DNA from: the human T2T-CHM13v2.0 reference genome, Homo sapiens
DNA length: 64,000 nucleotides
Assembly: GCF_009914755.1 (NCBI RefSeq)
Contig: NC_060925.1
Strand: one strand, 5' to 3'
Every line of letters starts with the position of its first letter. Position 1 is the first letter of the stretch. The notes beneath the pieces were generated by a model. That model saw only the letters and a program-made list of their open reading frames with translations, ran no database searches and had not been told where the DNA came from. Below, piece by piece: positions 14,277 to 31,200 of the stretch. The translations under genes and the position numbers were made by a program.

Positions 14277-14458
14277 CAGTGGCTCCCAAACTTAGCTACA
14301 CATTAGACTCACCTGGAGGGCTTTTAAACGCATCCCAGAGTGCGTGCTGCCCTCCAGCCCAATTAAATTAGAAAGGCTGGGAGTGGGAACCAGACGTCAA
14401 TATTTCTTGAAAGATTCCAGGGTGATTCCAACGGGCAGCAAAGTTTGGGAGGAACTAC
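14277..14458. mobile_element. MER5-family (MER5B-like)
   Basis: cagtggctcccaaactt...cacctggagggcttttaaa...ggtgattccaa...aagtttggga. Confidence 0.6.
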
Positions 14459-14499
14459 GACGGTGCGGGAAGGCGAGTTAAAAGAGCTTCTGCATGCTT

Positions 14500-14720
14500 T
14501 CTGGTTAGCTTCGGATTTTCATCTTAGATTTAGCATTAATTTTCTATGAGATCTTGGGTGATTTATTTAACTTCTATGAGCCTCAGTTTCCTTATATGTA
14601 AAATGGGGCTAATTTCTGCATTGTGGGATATTATAGGAATTAAGTGATATTAGGAGAATTTAGGATTTCCTGCTACCTTCCAGGTGCTTAATAAAGTGTG
14701 GCTCAGGCGTAGGAGACGTT
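14500..14720 (+). mobile_element. MIR
   Basis: Core ttaacttctatgagcctcagtttccttatatgtaaaatgggg. Confidence 0.75.
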
Positions 14721-16194
14721 ATTATATTGTTTCCTGTGGGTAGAATAAGGCATGTGGGTAATTTGGTTTGGTCAAAGTCTAGACTTAAAATATTGCATAT
14801 TAGAATATAACTAAAGGATTACTCAAGGCAGACTGAGTTGTGTTCCTTTAACCCTGCAGTCTTGACCTCAAAATCTGGAAAGTCAGTGAGGAACCTGCTT
14901 CTTACCTGCTATTAATTATCACCTATTGTGTTCATTTGCTGTGTAACTACACTTTCTCCCCAGCCGCCGGAAGTGATGGAAATTCTTGATAATAGCAAGT
15001 GGCCTGTGCTGACTCACCTTGTACTATTTCAAGTTAAGCACCATGTGTGAAATTCACAATTCTGTGCCTACGGCAACTCCAATAGGCACGGAGCAGAGAG
15101 TAGATTTTCCATTGTCTAAATGTGACTCTTACTTTGAGTCACGCAGGTATAATTATAGGTATTTTATATTATCATCCTCAGCACAGTCTAAACTGTGCCT
15201 TTTGTTCTTGTGTTCTGTTTTACTACATGTACATTATCCATTTTATTCCATTACATCAAATGGACTGTTAGAGTCAGAATTGGTCTCTGTCTTTGCCCTT
15301 TAATCTGTGGTGCATGTGGAATATCTGAGCTTCTCCTGTCTATATAATTAGGCTGCAAAACAGATGATATTTTGCTTTAAAAATAACTATTTCCATAGCA
15401 CGCTGCTGTGACCCAAGCTTGCAGGGTACAAAATAGCATAAAACAGAAGTGACACATTATATCTTCCCCTTAAAGGGGTTTTACTGGGAATAGTTGAAGA
15501 GAAACAAAATATAACATCCTTAATGTAAAAAGTTCTTTGCCATAGACGTGCCAGTAGCTGGAGAGCTGGAATTGCAATGCTTTCTTTAAGTATTTCTCAC
15601 CTTTTTTTCTCAGTACTAGATATGGAATTTGAGGATAGGAAGGGGTGGAGGCAGATTAGCCTTAGGACAGTGGTTGCCGAATATTTTCATCCTACAGCAT
15701 GAGCAGTGCTGCATCAGCCTTGTCCTTCGGGCTCTTCTGCAGACGCGTGGATGCCTAGATCCCTCCCACGCACCCCGAGTGCCACCTGCAATGGTCCAGA
15801 CACACGCGGGTCCCACACGCTCTGCTCGCTTTTTGTACCAACACCTTTCAATCTTGCCCCAAATTACTTGGCCTCCACAACAGCTTTGGGAAGTTTCCAT
15901 CTCTGCCTTTGCCATTTTCCTTCTGTGCAGAGTAGGGAAAGGCAGAGGGAAGAGTTGCTGTCCTGGCAGTAACAGGAGGCAGGCCAGGTATGAGGCTGTA
16001 AGCTGGGCCGCCTGGAAAGATAGGGATCCAGAGGCCTGGAGGAGCAGCATTCCGCTGCTGCCTGGGATTGAGGCGGGGGGAAGGGAGACAGCCAAGGAGT
16101 GGGTGATGTACCCAGAGACACGCCTCTCTGGAAGAGTGGGGCCTGGGGCAAAAAGGCGGCCTTCTCCGGCTGCTTCGTGGAGCTGATGGAGGCC

Positions 16195-16282
16195 GCAGGA
16201 TGTAGTTGAGAGCTCAGGTCTTGCAGTCAGTCTGTGGTTTGAATCCTAGCTCTACTACTGGCTGCAGGATCGTGAGCAAGTT
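16195..16282 (+). mobile_element. MIR 5' half (interrupted by L1 stack)
   Basis: ggtttgaatcctagctctactactggctg...gagcaagtt. Confidence 0.7.
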
Positions 16283-16797
16283 TTTTTTTTTTTTTTTTTT
16301 TTTTTTGTTGTTTTTTAACAACTTTAATGAGATATACCTGAGCTACAATAAACTGTACATATTAAATCATATAACTTGATGTTTTATCATATGTATATGC
16401 CTATGAAACCGTCCTCAATCAAGATAATGAATATATTCTTCACCCCCAAAAGTTTCCTCGGGAGCCTTGCAATCCCTGCCTCCAGCTCCTCTTCCTTCCT
16501 GTCTCCAGACCCAGGAACCACTGAACTACTTTCAGTTTCTAGACATTAGTGTGGATTTCCTAGAATTTTATGTAAAAGGAAACATATCTTGCAGACGGTA
16601 CTCTCGTGTGTGGCTTCTTTCACTTAGCATAATGATTTTGAGATGTAATCATTTCATTGCCTGTATCAATAGTTCATATATTTATATTTCTGCATAATAG
16701 TCCACTGCCCAGATATACCACAGTTGGCCGATCCATTCATCTCTTGATGGACATTTCTGTTGTTTCCAGTTTGGGGATATTACAAATAAAAGTACTA

Positions 16798-17116
16798 AAG
16801 GTTGAGCATCCCTAATCTGAAAATTCGAAATCCGAGATGCTCCAAATCTGAAACTTTGTGAGCGCCAAATGACATCACAAGTAGAAAATTCTACATCTGA
16901 CCGCATGTGACAGGTCACAGGAAAAACTTTTTGTGTACAAAATTATCAAAAATATTGTCTAAGATTATCTTCAGGCTGTGTATATAAGGTATATATGAAA
17001 CATAAATGAATTTAATGTTTACGTTGGGTCCTATTTCCAAGATATGTCATTAGATATATGCAAATACTCCAAAATCTCTGGTTCCAAGCATTTCAGATAA
17101 GGGATATTCAGCTTGT
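16798..17116. mobile_element. Tigger4b/Zombi inserted in L1MB
   Basis: ggttgagcatccctaatctgaaaattcgaaatcc...ataagggatattcagc; opposite orientation to the 9704-10035 copy. Confidence 0.75.
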
Positions 17117-17146
17117 GTGAGCATACATGCACAAGTCTTTGTATGG

Positions 17147-17457
17147 TTATATGGTTTGGCTCTGTCCTCGCCCAAATTTCATGTTGAATTGTAATTCCCA
17201 GTGTTGGGGGAGGGACCTGGTGGGAGGTGATTACATCATGAGGATGGATGTCCCCCATGCTGTTCTCATCATAGTGAGTTATGAGATCCGGTGGTTTAAG
17301 AGTGTGTGGTACTCTCCCCCCTGCTCACTCGCTCTCTCTCCTGCTCTGCCATGGGAAGATGTGTCTTCCTTCACTGTGAGTCAATGAAACCTATTTTCCT
17401 CATAAATTACCCAGTCTCAGGTAGTTATTTATAGCAGTATGAAAACAGTCTAATATA
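17147..17457. mobile_element. MSTA-like MaLR solo LTR, internally deleted
   Basis: atatggtttggctctgtcc...aaattacccagtctcaggtag; flanked by tatgg repeats. Confidence 0.8.
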
Positions 17458-19212
17458 TATATGGACATATATTTTCTTTCCTTTGGGGTAAAAACCTATA
17501 CTAGAACTGGAATCTTATCAATGTCTGGGAATATTTGAAAAAAAAAAAAAGAAAAACTGGAATGGCTGTACCATATAGTAGATGTTTAACTTTTTAAGAA
17601 ATTTCTCAGCTGTTTCCCAAAGTGCTTGTACTATTTTATATGGGGAGTTCCCGTTCCTCCATACCCCCACCAGCATTTGGTGTGGTCAGTCTTTTAAGTT
17701 TTGCCTGTTTACATAGTAGGTTTGTAATAGTGTCTTGTGGTTTTAGTTTGCACTTCGCTAATGACCAATGATGCCAAGCATCCTTCTACACGCCCATTCG
17801 GCATCCATACCTCTTCTTTGGTGAAATGTCCCTTCAAATCTTCTGTCCTTTTAAAAATTGTTTTGAAAGTTTTTAATATATTCTGGATGCAAATCCTTTA
17901 TAAGATATAGTATTTGCAAATATTTTCTCTCAGTCTGTGGCTTCTCTCTTCATTCTCAACAGCATCTTTTGAAAAACAAATACTTGTTTTTTTATGAAGT
18001 CCAATTTATATGTTCTTTTATGAATCATGTTTTTGCTGTCACATCTAAGAAATCTTTGCCTAACCCAAGGCCAAAAAGGTTTCTTCTTATGCCTCCTCTA
18101 GAAGTTTTGTAATTTTAGGCTTCAAATTTAGGTCTTTGATCAATTTTTAGTTAATTTTTGTATATTTTGCAATGTATGGACTCAAGTAGTTTTTTTCAGG
18201 TTGAGGGAGGTTAGGTGTTTTTTTGTGTGTGTGTATGAATATAGTATCCAAAATTTCCAGTATCATTTGTTGTAAAAAGCTATTATTTCTCTACTAAATT
18301 ACCTTTGTCAAGGATTAGTTGGCCATATTTATGTGCAACTATTTCTAGACTCTGTTCTGTTCCATTGATCTATTTGTCTATCTTTACACCAATACCACAC
18401 TGTTTTGATTATGGTGGATGTATAATAGGTCTTGAAATTAGGTAATGTTAACCTTCCAACTTTGTTCTTATTTTTTAAAGTTGTTTTGGCTATTCAGTGT
18501 ATTTGGCATTTCCATACAAATTTTAGAGTCGCTTTCTAAATGGATTACGTAGAAAAAATTTCTATCAAAGAAGTCTACCAGGATTCTGATTGGGATTGCA
18601 TTGAAGCTATAGCAACTTGGAGATGATTGACCTCTTCACAGTATTGAGTGTTCTGACCCAGGAGCACAGTATCTCTCTCTAGTTTAGGTTTTTATTAGTT
18701 CCCTTCAGTAATTTTTTAAAGTAGGAAAAAGCTATTATTTAAACATGTATTTCTTTTATATTGATATATAATTACACATATTTATGGGTGATATTTTGAT
18801 GCACGCATACAATGTGTGATGATCAATCAGGGAATTTAGGAGATTCATCACCTCAGTTATCACTTATTTGTGTTGGGAACATTTCATTATTTTCTTCTAG
18901 CTATTTGAAAATATACAATAAATTATTGTTAACTATAGCCTCCTACTGTGCTATCAAACACTACGGCTTCCTCCTTTTATTTAACTGTGTATTTGTAACT
19001 GTTAACCCACCTGTTTTATCCCCCTCCCCCGGCACCCCACATCCCGCCCCTTCCCACACACACACATTCTTCCCAGCCTCTGGTATCTACCATTCTCCTC
19101 TCTACCTGCATGAGATCAACTTTTTAAGCTCCCACATATGAGTGAGAACATGCAATATTTGTCTTTCTGTGCCTGGCTTATTTGACTTAACATAATGACA
19201 TCCAGTTCCATC

Positions 19213-19356
19213 CATTTTGCTACAAATGACAGGATTTGAGTTTTTGTATAACTACTAGTATTCCATTGTGTATATAGAGCACATTTTGCTACAAATGACA
19301 GGATTTGAGTTTTTGTATAACTGCTAGTATTCCATTGTGTATACAGAGCACATTTT
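19213..19356. repeat. 69-bp tandem duplication inside L1MA
   Basis: Units at 19213 and 19282, 2 mismatches, CATTTT junction homology. Confidence 0.95.
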
Positions 19357-20582
19357 CTTGGTCCCGTTCCATTCATCCATCCATTGTTGGACACTTAGGT
19401 TGATTCTGTATCTTGGCTGTTGCGAATAGAGCTGTGATAAATATAGGGGTACAGGTATCCCTTTGATATACTGATTTCTGTTCCTTTGGACAAACACCCA
19501 GTAGTGGGATTGCTAGATCATATGGTAGTTCTCGTTTTAGTTTTTTTTTGAGAAGCATCTATACTGTTTTCTATACTGGCTGTACTAATTTACATTCCCA
19601 CCAACAGTGTGTAAGAGTTCCCTTTACTATGCATCTTCACTAGATTTCATGGTGGGTTTTTTTTTTCTGTCTTTCTAATAATAGCCATTCTGACTGGGGT
19701 GAAATTATATCTCATTGTGGTTTTGATTTGCACATCCCTGATGATTAGGGACATTGAACATTTTTTCACATACCTGGTTGCCATGTGTATGACTTCTTTT
19801 GAGAAATGTCTATTCAGATCCTTTGCCCAATTTTTAATGGGTTTGTTTGGGTTTTTTGCTGTTTTGAGTTCCCTGGATATTAATTCCTTGTTGAATGAAC
19901 AGCTTGCAAATATTTTTTTTCCATTCTGCAGGTTGTCTCTTTGCTCTGTTGATTGTTTCCTTAGCTGTGCAGAACGTTTTTAGTTTAACATACTCCAATC
20001 TTTCTAATTTTGGTTTTCTTACTTGTGCTTTCAAAGTCTTAGCCATAAAATCTTTGCCTGGACCAATGTCCCAAAGCATTTCCCCTATGTTTTCATCTGG
20101 TAGAGTTATTGTTTTTGGTCTTAATATTTAAGCCTTTAATAAATTTTGAGTGGATTTTTATATATGGTAAGAGATAGCGGTCTAGTTTCACCCTTCTGCT
20201 TATGGATATCTAGTTTTCCCAGCACCATTTATTAAAGGGGATGTCCTTTCCCCAATGCATGTTCTTGGTGCCTTTGTCAAAAATGAGTTGGCTGTAAATA
20301 GATAGATTTATCTGTAGGTTCTCTATTGTGTCCCATTGGTCTATGTGTCTTTTTACGTCAATACCAGCCTGTTTTATGTTACAGTAGCTTCCTAGTAGTG
20401 TATTTTGAAGTCAGCTAGTGTGATGCCTCCAGCTTGTTTCTTTGTTTTCCAGTATTGCTTTGTGTGCAAGGTTTTTCTCTGTGTGTTTAAATTCCATGAA
20501 GAATGTCATGGATATTTCGACAGAGACTGCATTGAGTCTGTAGATTGCTTTGAGTAGGATGGTCATTTTAACAATGTTAACT

Positions 20583-24015
<3,433 letters not shown>

Positions 24016-25860
24016 AATAATATTAACTCTTCTGATCCATGAGCATGGGATGTCTTTTCATTTTTTTCTATGTTCTTCAATTTTTTTATCAGTATTTTGA
24101 AGTTTTTGTTATAGAGGTATTTCACCTCCTTACATTTATTCCTAGGTATTTTTTAGTAGCTACAGTAGATGGGGTAGCTTTCTTGGTTTCTTTTTCAACT
24201 ATTTGTTGCTGGTGTGTAGAAACACTACTGATTTTTGTATCCAGCCACATTACCAAATTTATCAGTTCTCAGAGTTTTTGGTGGAATCTTTAGGTTGTTC
24301 TAATTATTATATGCCATCTGCAGAGAGGAACAATTTGACTTTCGCTTTTCCAGTTTGGATGCCTTTTATTTCTTTCTCTTGCCTAATTGCTCTAGCTAGG
24401 ACTTCCAGTACTATGTTGAATAACAGTGGTGGAAGTGGGCATCCTTGTCTTGTTCCAGTTCTTAGAAAAAAAAGGCTTTTAGCTTTTCCCCACTTATTAT
24501 GATGTTAGCTGTGGGTTTGTCATATATGACCTTTGCTATGCTGAGGCATGTTTTTTCTATGCCTAACTTATTGAGAGTTTTTATCATGAAGGATGTTAGA
24601 TTTTATCAAATATTTTTCCTGTGTCTATTGAGATGATCTTGTTGTTTTAGTCTCTCATATGTTGATGTGATGTGCACGTTTATTGATTTGCATACATCGA
24701 ACCATCATTGCATCCCTAGGATAAATCCCACTTGATTATGGTGTATTATGTTATTGGTGTGTTGTTAGATTTGGTTCGCTAGTATTTTTTAGATGATTTT
24801 TGCATCTATGTTCATCAGGGATATTGGTATCTCATTTTGGTATTAGGATAATGGTGGCCTGGTTGCGTGAATTAGGAAGACTTCCCGCCTCTTCAATTTT
24901 TGGAATAGTTTGAGAAGAATTGGTTTTACTTTACTCCTTAATTCTACTGAACTTTTAAAGTCCTGGGCTTTTCTTTGTTGGGGAACTTTTTATTACTGAT
25001 TAATTCTTGTTACTCATTATTTGTTCAGATTTTTTTATTCTTCCTGATTTAATCTTGTAAGGCTGTATGTGTCCAAGAGTTTATCCATTTCACCTGAGCT
25101 TTCCAATTTGTTCGTGTGTAGTTCTTCATAAGACTCTAATCATTTGTATTTCTGTGGTATTTTTTTCATTTCTCATTTTTTAAAATTTGGATCTTTTTTC
25201 TTGGTTAGTCTAACAGTTTAATCAATTTTGGTTCCTTTCAAAAATCAAGCTTTTATTTTCTTGATCCTTTGTAATTTTTGTGTGTGTGTGTGTTTATTTC
25301 GTCTCTGATCTTTATTCTTTCTTCTGATTTTTGGCTCAGTTTGCTTTGGCTTTTTTAGTTCCTTGAGATGCATCATTCGGTTGTCTATTTGAAATCTTTC
25401 TCCTTTTTTGAGGAAAACATTTATTACTCTAAACCCCTCTTACTACTGCTTTTGTTGTATCCCGTAGGTTTAGGAATGGTGTTTTTCCATTTTCATTTGT
25501 TTTAAGAAAAAAGATTTTATTTCATTCATTTAGGAGCATGTTTTCATGTAGGAGCATGGTTTTAAATTTTCATTTATTTGTACAGTTTCTAAAGTTCTTG
25601 TTATTGATTTCGTTTTACTGAATTGTGATCTAAGATGCTTGATATGATTTCAACTTTTAAAAATGTGTTGAGAGTTATTTTGTGGTCTAACACATGGTCT
25701 ATCATGGAGAATATTCCATGTACTGATAATAAGGTTGTGTATTTTGCAGCACTTGAATGAAATGCTCTCTAAATATCTGTTCGATCCATTTGGTCTGTAG
25801 TGCGGATTAAGTTCAATGTTTCTTTATTGATTTTCTGTCTAGTTGATCTGTCCAGTGCTA

Positions 25861-26293
<433 letters not shown>

Positions 26294-27077
26294 TTACAAT
26301 TGTTATAGTCTCCTGCTGAATTGTTCCCTTTATCATTATATTAATATAATGACCTTATTTGTCACTTTTTATGTTTTTTGGCTAACATTGTATTTTGTCT
26401 TATGTAAGTATAGCTACTCTGGCACACTTTTGGTTTCTATTTTCATGGAATAATTTTTTCCATCCCTTCATTTTCATTCTATGTGCATCTTTACAAATGA
26501 AATGCATTTGTTGGAGACAGCATACAGTTGGGTCTTTTTTTTTTTTTTAAATAAATCCATTCATCTTGTCTATATTTTTTACTTAAGGAATTTAAACTGT
26601 TTACATTCAAGGATGTCATTGATAGGTAAGGACTTACTTCTGTGATTTTGTAAACTGTTTTATGATGGTTTTGTATATTTTTTGTTCCTTTCTTCCTCTT
26701 GTATTGCTTACCTTGATGATTTGGTAGTTTATTGTAGTGATGTTTGACTCCTTTCTCTTTCTCATTCGTGTATCTGCTCTCCCAGTGAGTTTTTCAGTCT
26801 TGCGTATTCTCACGGTGGTAGTTATTGTCCTTTTGCTTCCAGATGTAGAACTCCCTCAAGCATTTCTCACAGGGCCTGTCTAGTGGTGGTGAATTCCCTC
26901 CATTTTTTCTTGTTTGGGAAAGACTTTACTTTTCATTCATTTTTTAAGGATAGCTTTCAGCAATATTTCATCTTTTTTTAAGGATAGCTTTCAGCAATAT
27001 TTTATGGTTTTTATGTACACATTTTAATCATATCTCTAAATCATGTGTTTGATGTTGTTGTAAATGGTATTTTTAAT

Positions 27078-27367
27078 TTTTTTTGAGTTGGGGTGACAGA
27101 GTGACACCCAGGCTGGATTGTAGAGGCACAGTCATAGCTCACTGCAGCCTCAAATTTGTAGTGTTCCTGCCACCTCAGCCTCCTGAGTAGCTAGGATTAT
27201 AGGCACATGACATCATACCCAGCTAATTTCTTTTTGTATCATTTTTCTGTAGAGATGGGGTCTCACTATGTTGACCAGGCTGGTCTTGAACTCCTGGCCT
27301 TAAGTGATCCTTCTGCCTTGGCCTCCCAAAATGCTGGGATTACCGGTGCGAGGCACCACACCCAGCC
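27078..27367 (-). mobile_element. AluJ-like
   Basis: Degraded reverse Alu. Confidence 0.85.
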
Positions 27368-27973
27368 TTATGTTTTAATTTCTAATTGTTTGTTACTATG
27401 ATAAAGAAATGCATTGATTTTTGTCCATTGACCTCATATCCTGCAACCTTCCTAAACTCACCTATTAGTTCTAGTACCTTTTTTGTGGATTGCATCCATT
27501 AGATTTTTCTATAGGTGACTATATCACCAATGAAGATCATTTGACTTTCTTTCCAATCTGGATATCGTTCATTTATTGTACTTGCCTTATTGTACTGGCC
27601 AGGACTTCCAGTATAATGTTAAATGGAAACGGTGAGAGTGGACATGCTTGTCTTGCTCCCAATCTTAGAGGGAAGGCATTTAGTCTTTTACCATTAAGTA
27701 TGATGTTAGCTTTAGTTTTTAGTAGATACCTTTTATTAAATTGAGGATATTGCCTTCTACTTATATATTGCTGAGGATTTTTTATCAGGAATGACTGAAT
27801 TTTGGTAAATGCTTTTTCTGCATCTACTGAAACAATCATATAGTTTTCCTTTCAGTTTGTTAATATGGTAAATTATATTGATTAGGTTTTTTTTGTTAAT
27901 CAACCTTGCATTCCTGAAATAAACCTCACTTGCTCATGGTATAAAACCCTTTGTATTTGTTGCTAGATACAAT

Positions 27974-28260
27974 ATTTTTTTGAGTTGGGGTCTCACTCTG
28001 TCACCCAGGCTGGAGTGTAGTGGCATGATCACAGCTCACTGCAATTTTAAACTCCTGTGCTCCAGCAATCCTTCCTTCCATCTCAGCCTCCCAACTAGCT
28101 AGGATTACAGTGTGCACCACTGTGCCCAGCTAATTTTTTATACTTTTTTTGTAGTGATGAGGTCTTGCTATGTTGCCCTGGCTGGTCTTGAACTTCGGGC
28201 CTGAAGCACCTCAGCCTCCCATAATACTGAGATTGTAGGAGTAAGCCACCATGCCTAGCC
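27974..28260 (-). mobile_element. AluJ-like
   Basis: Reverse Alu, TSD ctagatacaat. Confidence 0.88.
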
Positions 28261-31200
28261 CTAGATACAATTTTCTAATATGGCTCTTTAATATTTTATT
28301 TAGAATTTTTTTGGCAATGTTCATGAGGGATATTGTTCTGCAGGTTTTTGTGTTTTTTTTTTTTTTTCAAACAACATACTTGTTTGCTTTTGGTATCAGA
28401 TTAGTATAGTATAGCTTGGGAAGTATTTCTTCCTATTTTCAGGAAGACTTTGAGTAGAACTGTTATTATTTCTTCCTTAAATGGTGGGTAGAATTCACCA
28501 GTGCCTCCATCTGGTCCTAGAGTTTTACCTGTGGAAAGGTTGTGAACTACAGATTCTATTTCTTTAATGAATCTAGGGCCATTTTTATTATCTATTACCT
28601 CTTGAAAGAGCTTTGGAATTTTTCATCTTTCAAGACATTTTTCCATTCTTACACATTGTTTAATTTACTGGCATAATGTTTCTTTATTATCTTTTTGATA
28701 TCTGTAGGAACTTTAGATGAGGCCATCTCATTCCTGATATTGATCATTTGTGTCTTTCTTTTTCCCAGATCATTTGTGCTAGGGATTTACAAATTTTGTT
28801 GATCTTCTCAAAGAACCAACTTTTGATTCATCGACTTTTCTCCATTGTTTTTGGTTTTCTGTTTCGTTGATTTCTGCTATTTTTTTTCCTTTATGCTATT
28901 TTTTTTTCCTTTCTGCTATTATTTTGTCTATAATTTGCTCATCTTTTTCTAATTTCTTAAGGTGTAAGCTGAGATCATTGATTTGAAGCCATGGTTGCTT
29001 TCTGATATAGGCATTTAATGCTATACGTTTGTTTTAAGTACATCTTCAGGGTTATTCACAAATTTGGATGGGTTGCATTTTCATTTCTATTCACTTAAAA
29101 AGACTTTAAAATTTTCATTTTGAATTTTTCCTTGACCATAGGCTGTTTGGGGCCAAGTTGTGGAGTTTCAGAATATTTGGAGGTTTTTCAGATATTGTTC
29201 TACATTGACTTCTAATTTAATTCCATTGTATCAGGCAACATGCTTTGAGTGACATGAATCCTTAACATTTATTTAGACTTGTTCTGTGGACCAGAATACT
29301 GTGTATCTTGGTAAATGCTTTGTGTGCACTTCAAAAGAATGTGTATTCTGCTATTGTTGGGTTGAATGTTCTGTGTCAAGTAGATATTTGATAGTATTGT
29401 TCAAATTTATATCCTTATGGTTTTCTGTCTACTTGTCATATCAGTTTTGAGATGGGGGTATTTGAAATTGCCAACTATAATTAAAGACTTGTCTGTTTCT
29501 TCATGCAGTTCTACCAGATTGTTCTTCATGGATTAGAACATGAGCCACATAAATTTTTTTATTATGACCTCTTGATGAATTATCTCATTTCTCATTATAG
29601 AACGTTTTTTTTTTTGACTCTAACAACATTTTTCATCTTCAGTCTTTTTTGGCATTTTTAAATTGTGTGTCATAGTTGTACATATTTTTGGAGTACACAT
29701 GATATTTTGATGCATGTATACAATGTGTAGTGATCAAATTAGGAAAATTGGGATATTCATCACCTCAAACATTTATCTTTGCTTTGTGTTGGGAATGTTT
29801 ATTATTAACTATAGTTCTTCTACTGTACTATTGAATACTAAAACTCATTCCTTTTATCTAACTGTATGTTTGTACCTGCTAACCAATTTCTCTTTATCCT
29901 ACCCTCTGCCCTTCCCTTCCCAGCCTCTGGTAGCCACTCTTCTACTCTCTATCTCCATGAGATCCACTGTTGTAGCTCCCACATATGAGTGACAACATGG
30001 GATATTTGTCTTTCCATACCTGACTTATTTCATTTAACATAATGACTTCCAGCTTCATCCATGTTGCTTAAAATGACAGGATTTCATTATTTTTATGGCT
30101 GAATAATATTCCATTGTGTGTGTGTGTGTGTGTGTGTATCTATCTCACATTTTCTTTATTAATTTACCCATTGATGGACACTTAGACTGATTCTATATTT
30201 TGGCTATTGTGAATAGTGCTACAATAAACATGGTAGTGCAGATACCTCTTTGATATACTGATTTCTTTTACTTTGGATATATACTCAGCAGTGGGATTGC
30301 TGGATCATACAGTAGTTCTACTTTTAAGTTTTTTGAGAAACCTCCAGAATGTTTTCCATGATGGCTGTACTAATTTACATTCCCACCAAGTGTATGAGCA
30401 TTCACCATTTCCTGCATCCTCTCCAGCATTTGTTTTTTGTCTTTTTGATAATAGCCATTGTAACTGAGGTGAGATGATAGCTCGTTATGGTTTTGATTTG
30501 CACTTTCCTGATGATTAGTGATGTTGAACATCTTTTCACATACCTCTTGGCCACTTGTGTGTCTTCTTCTGATAAATGTCTATTCAGGTCTTTTGCTCAT
30601 TTTAAATTGGATTATCTGGGGGGTTTTGGCCCATTGAGTTGTTTGAATTCCTCATATATTCTGGTTATTAATCCCTTGTCAAATAATTTGCAAATATTTT
30701 CTCCCATTCCATATGTAGGTTATCTTTTCACTTTGTTGTTTCCTGTTCTGTGTAGAAGCTTTTTAGCTTGATGTAATCCCACTTGTCTATTTTTGCTTTT
30801 ATTGCCTATGTTTTTGAGGTCTTACCCCAAAAATATTCGCCAATGTCCTGTAGTATCTCCCCAGTGTTTTCTCCCAGCAGTTTCATAGTTTCAGGTTTAA
30901 ATTTAAGTCCATTTTGAGTTGATTTTCATAATGTGATAAAAAATGAAGCTCTAGTTTCATTCTTCTGCATATGAATATCCAGTTTTCCCAGCACCATTTA
31001 TTAAAGAGATTGTCTTTTCCCCAATGTATGTTATTGGTGCCTTTGTCAAAAATGAGTTGGCTGTAAGTGCATAGATTTATTTCTGGGTTTTCTATTGTAT
31101 TCCATTGGTCTTCTATGTGTCTGTTTTTATGCCAGTGGTATACTCTTTGCTTACTATAGCTTGTAGTATAATTTGAAATCAGATAGTATGATGTTTCCAG

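Larger units (their letters stand above)
16283..18715 (-). mobile_element. L1MB7/8-like, 3' segment (outer element)
   Basis: Poly-T tail, L1MB-type 3' end, degraded ORF2 antisense. Confidence 0.75.
26990..29650 (-). mobile_element. L1MB middle segment (outer element resumed)
   Basis: Degraded ORF2 antisense (AEKAFTKIQ...RQACPLSP in 27573..27839). Confidence 0.7.

Noticed and set aside
15616-16186. 185-aa (+) and 159-aa (-) ORFs as a novel gene
   Set aside because: Non-ATG starts, no recognisable domain, no splice or promoter support; length plausible by chance in GC-richer DNA
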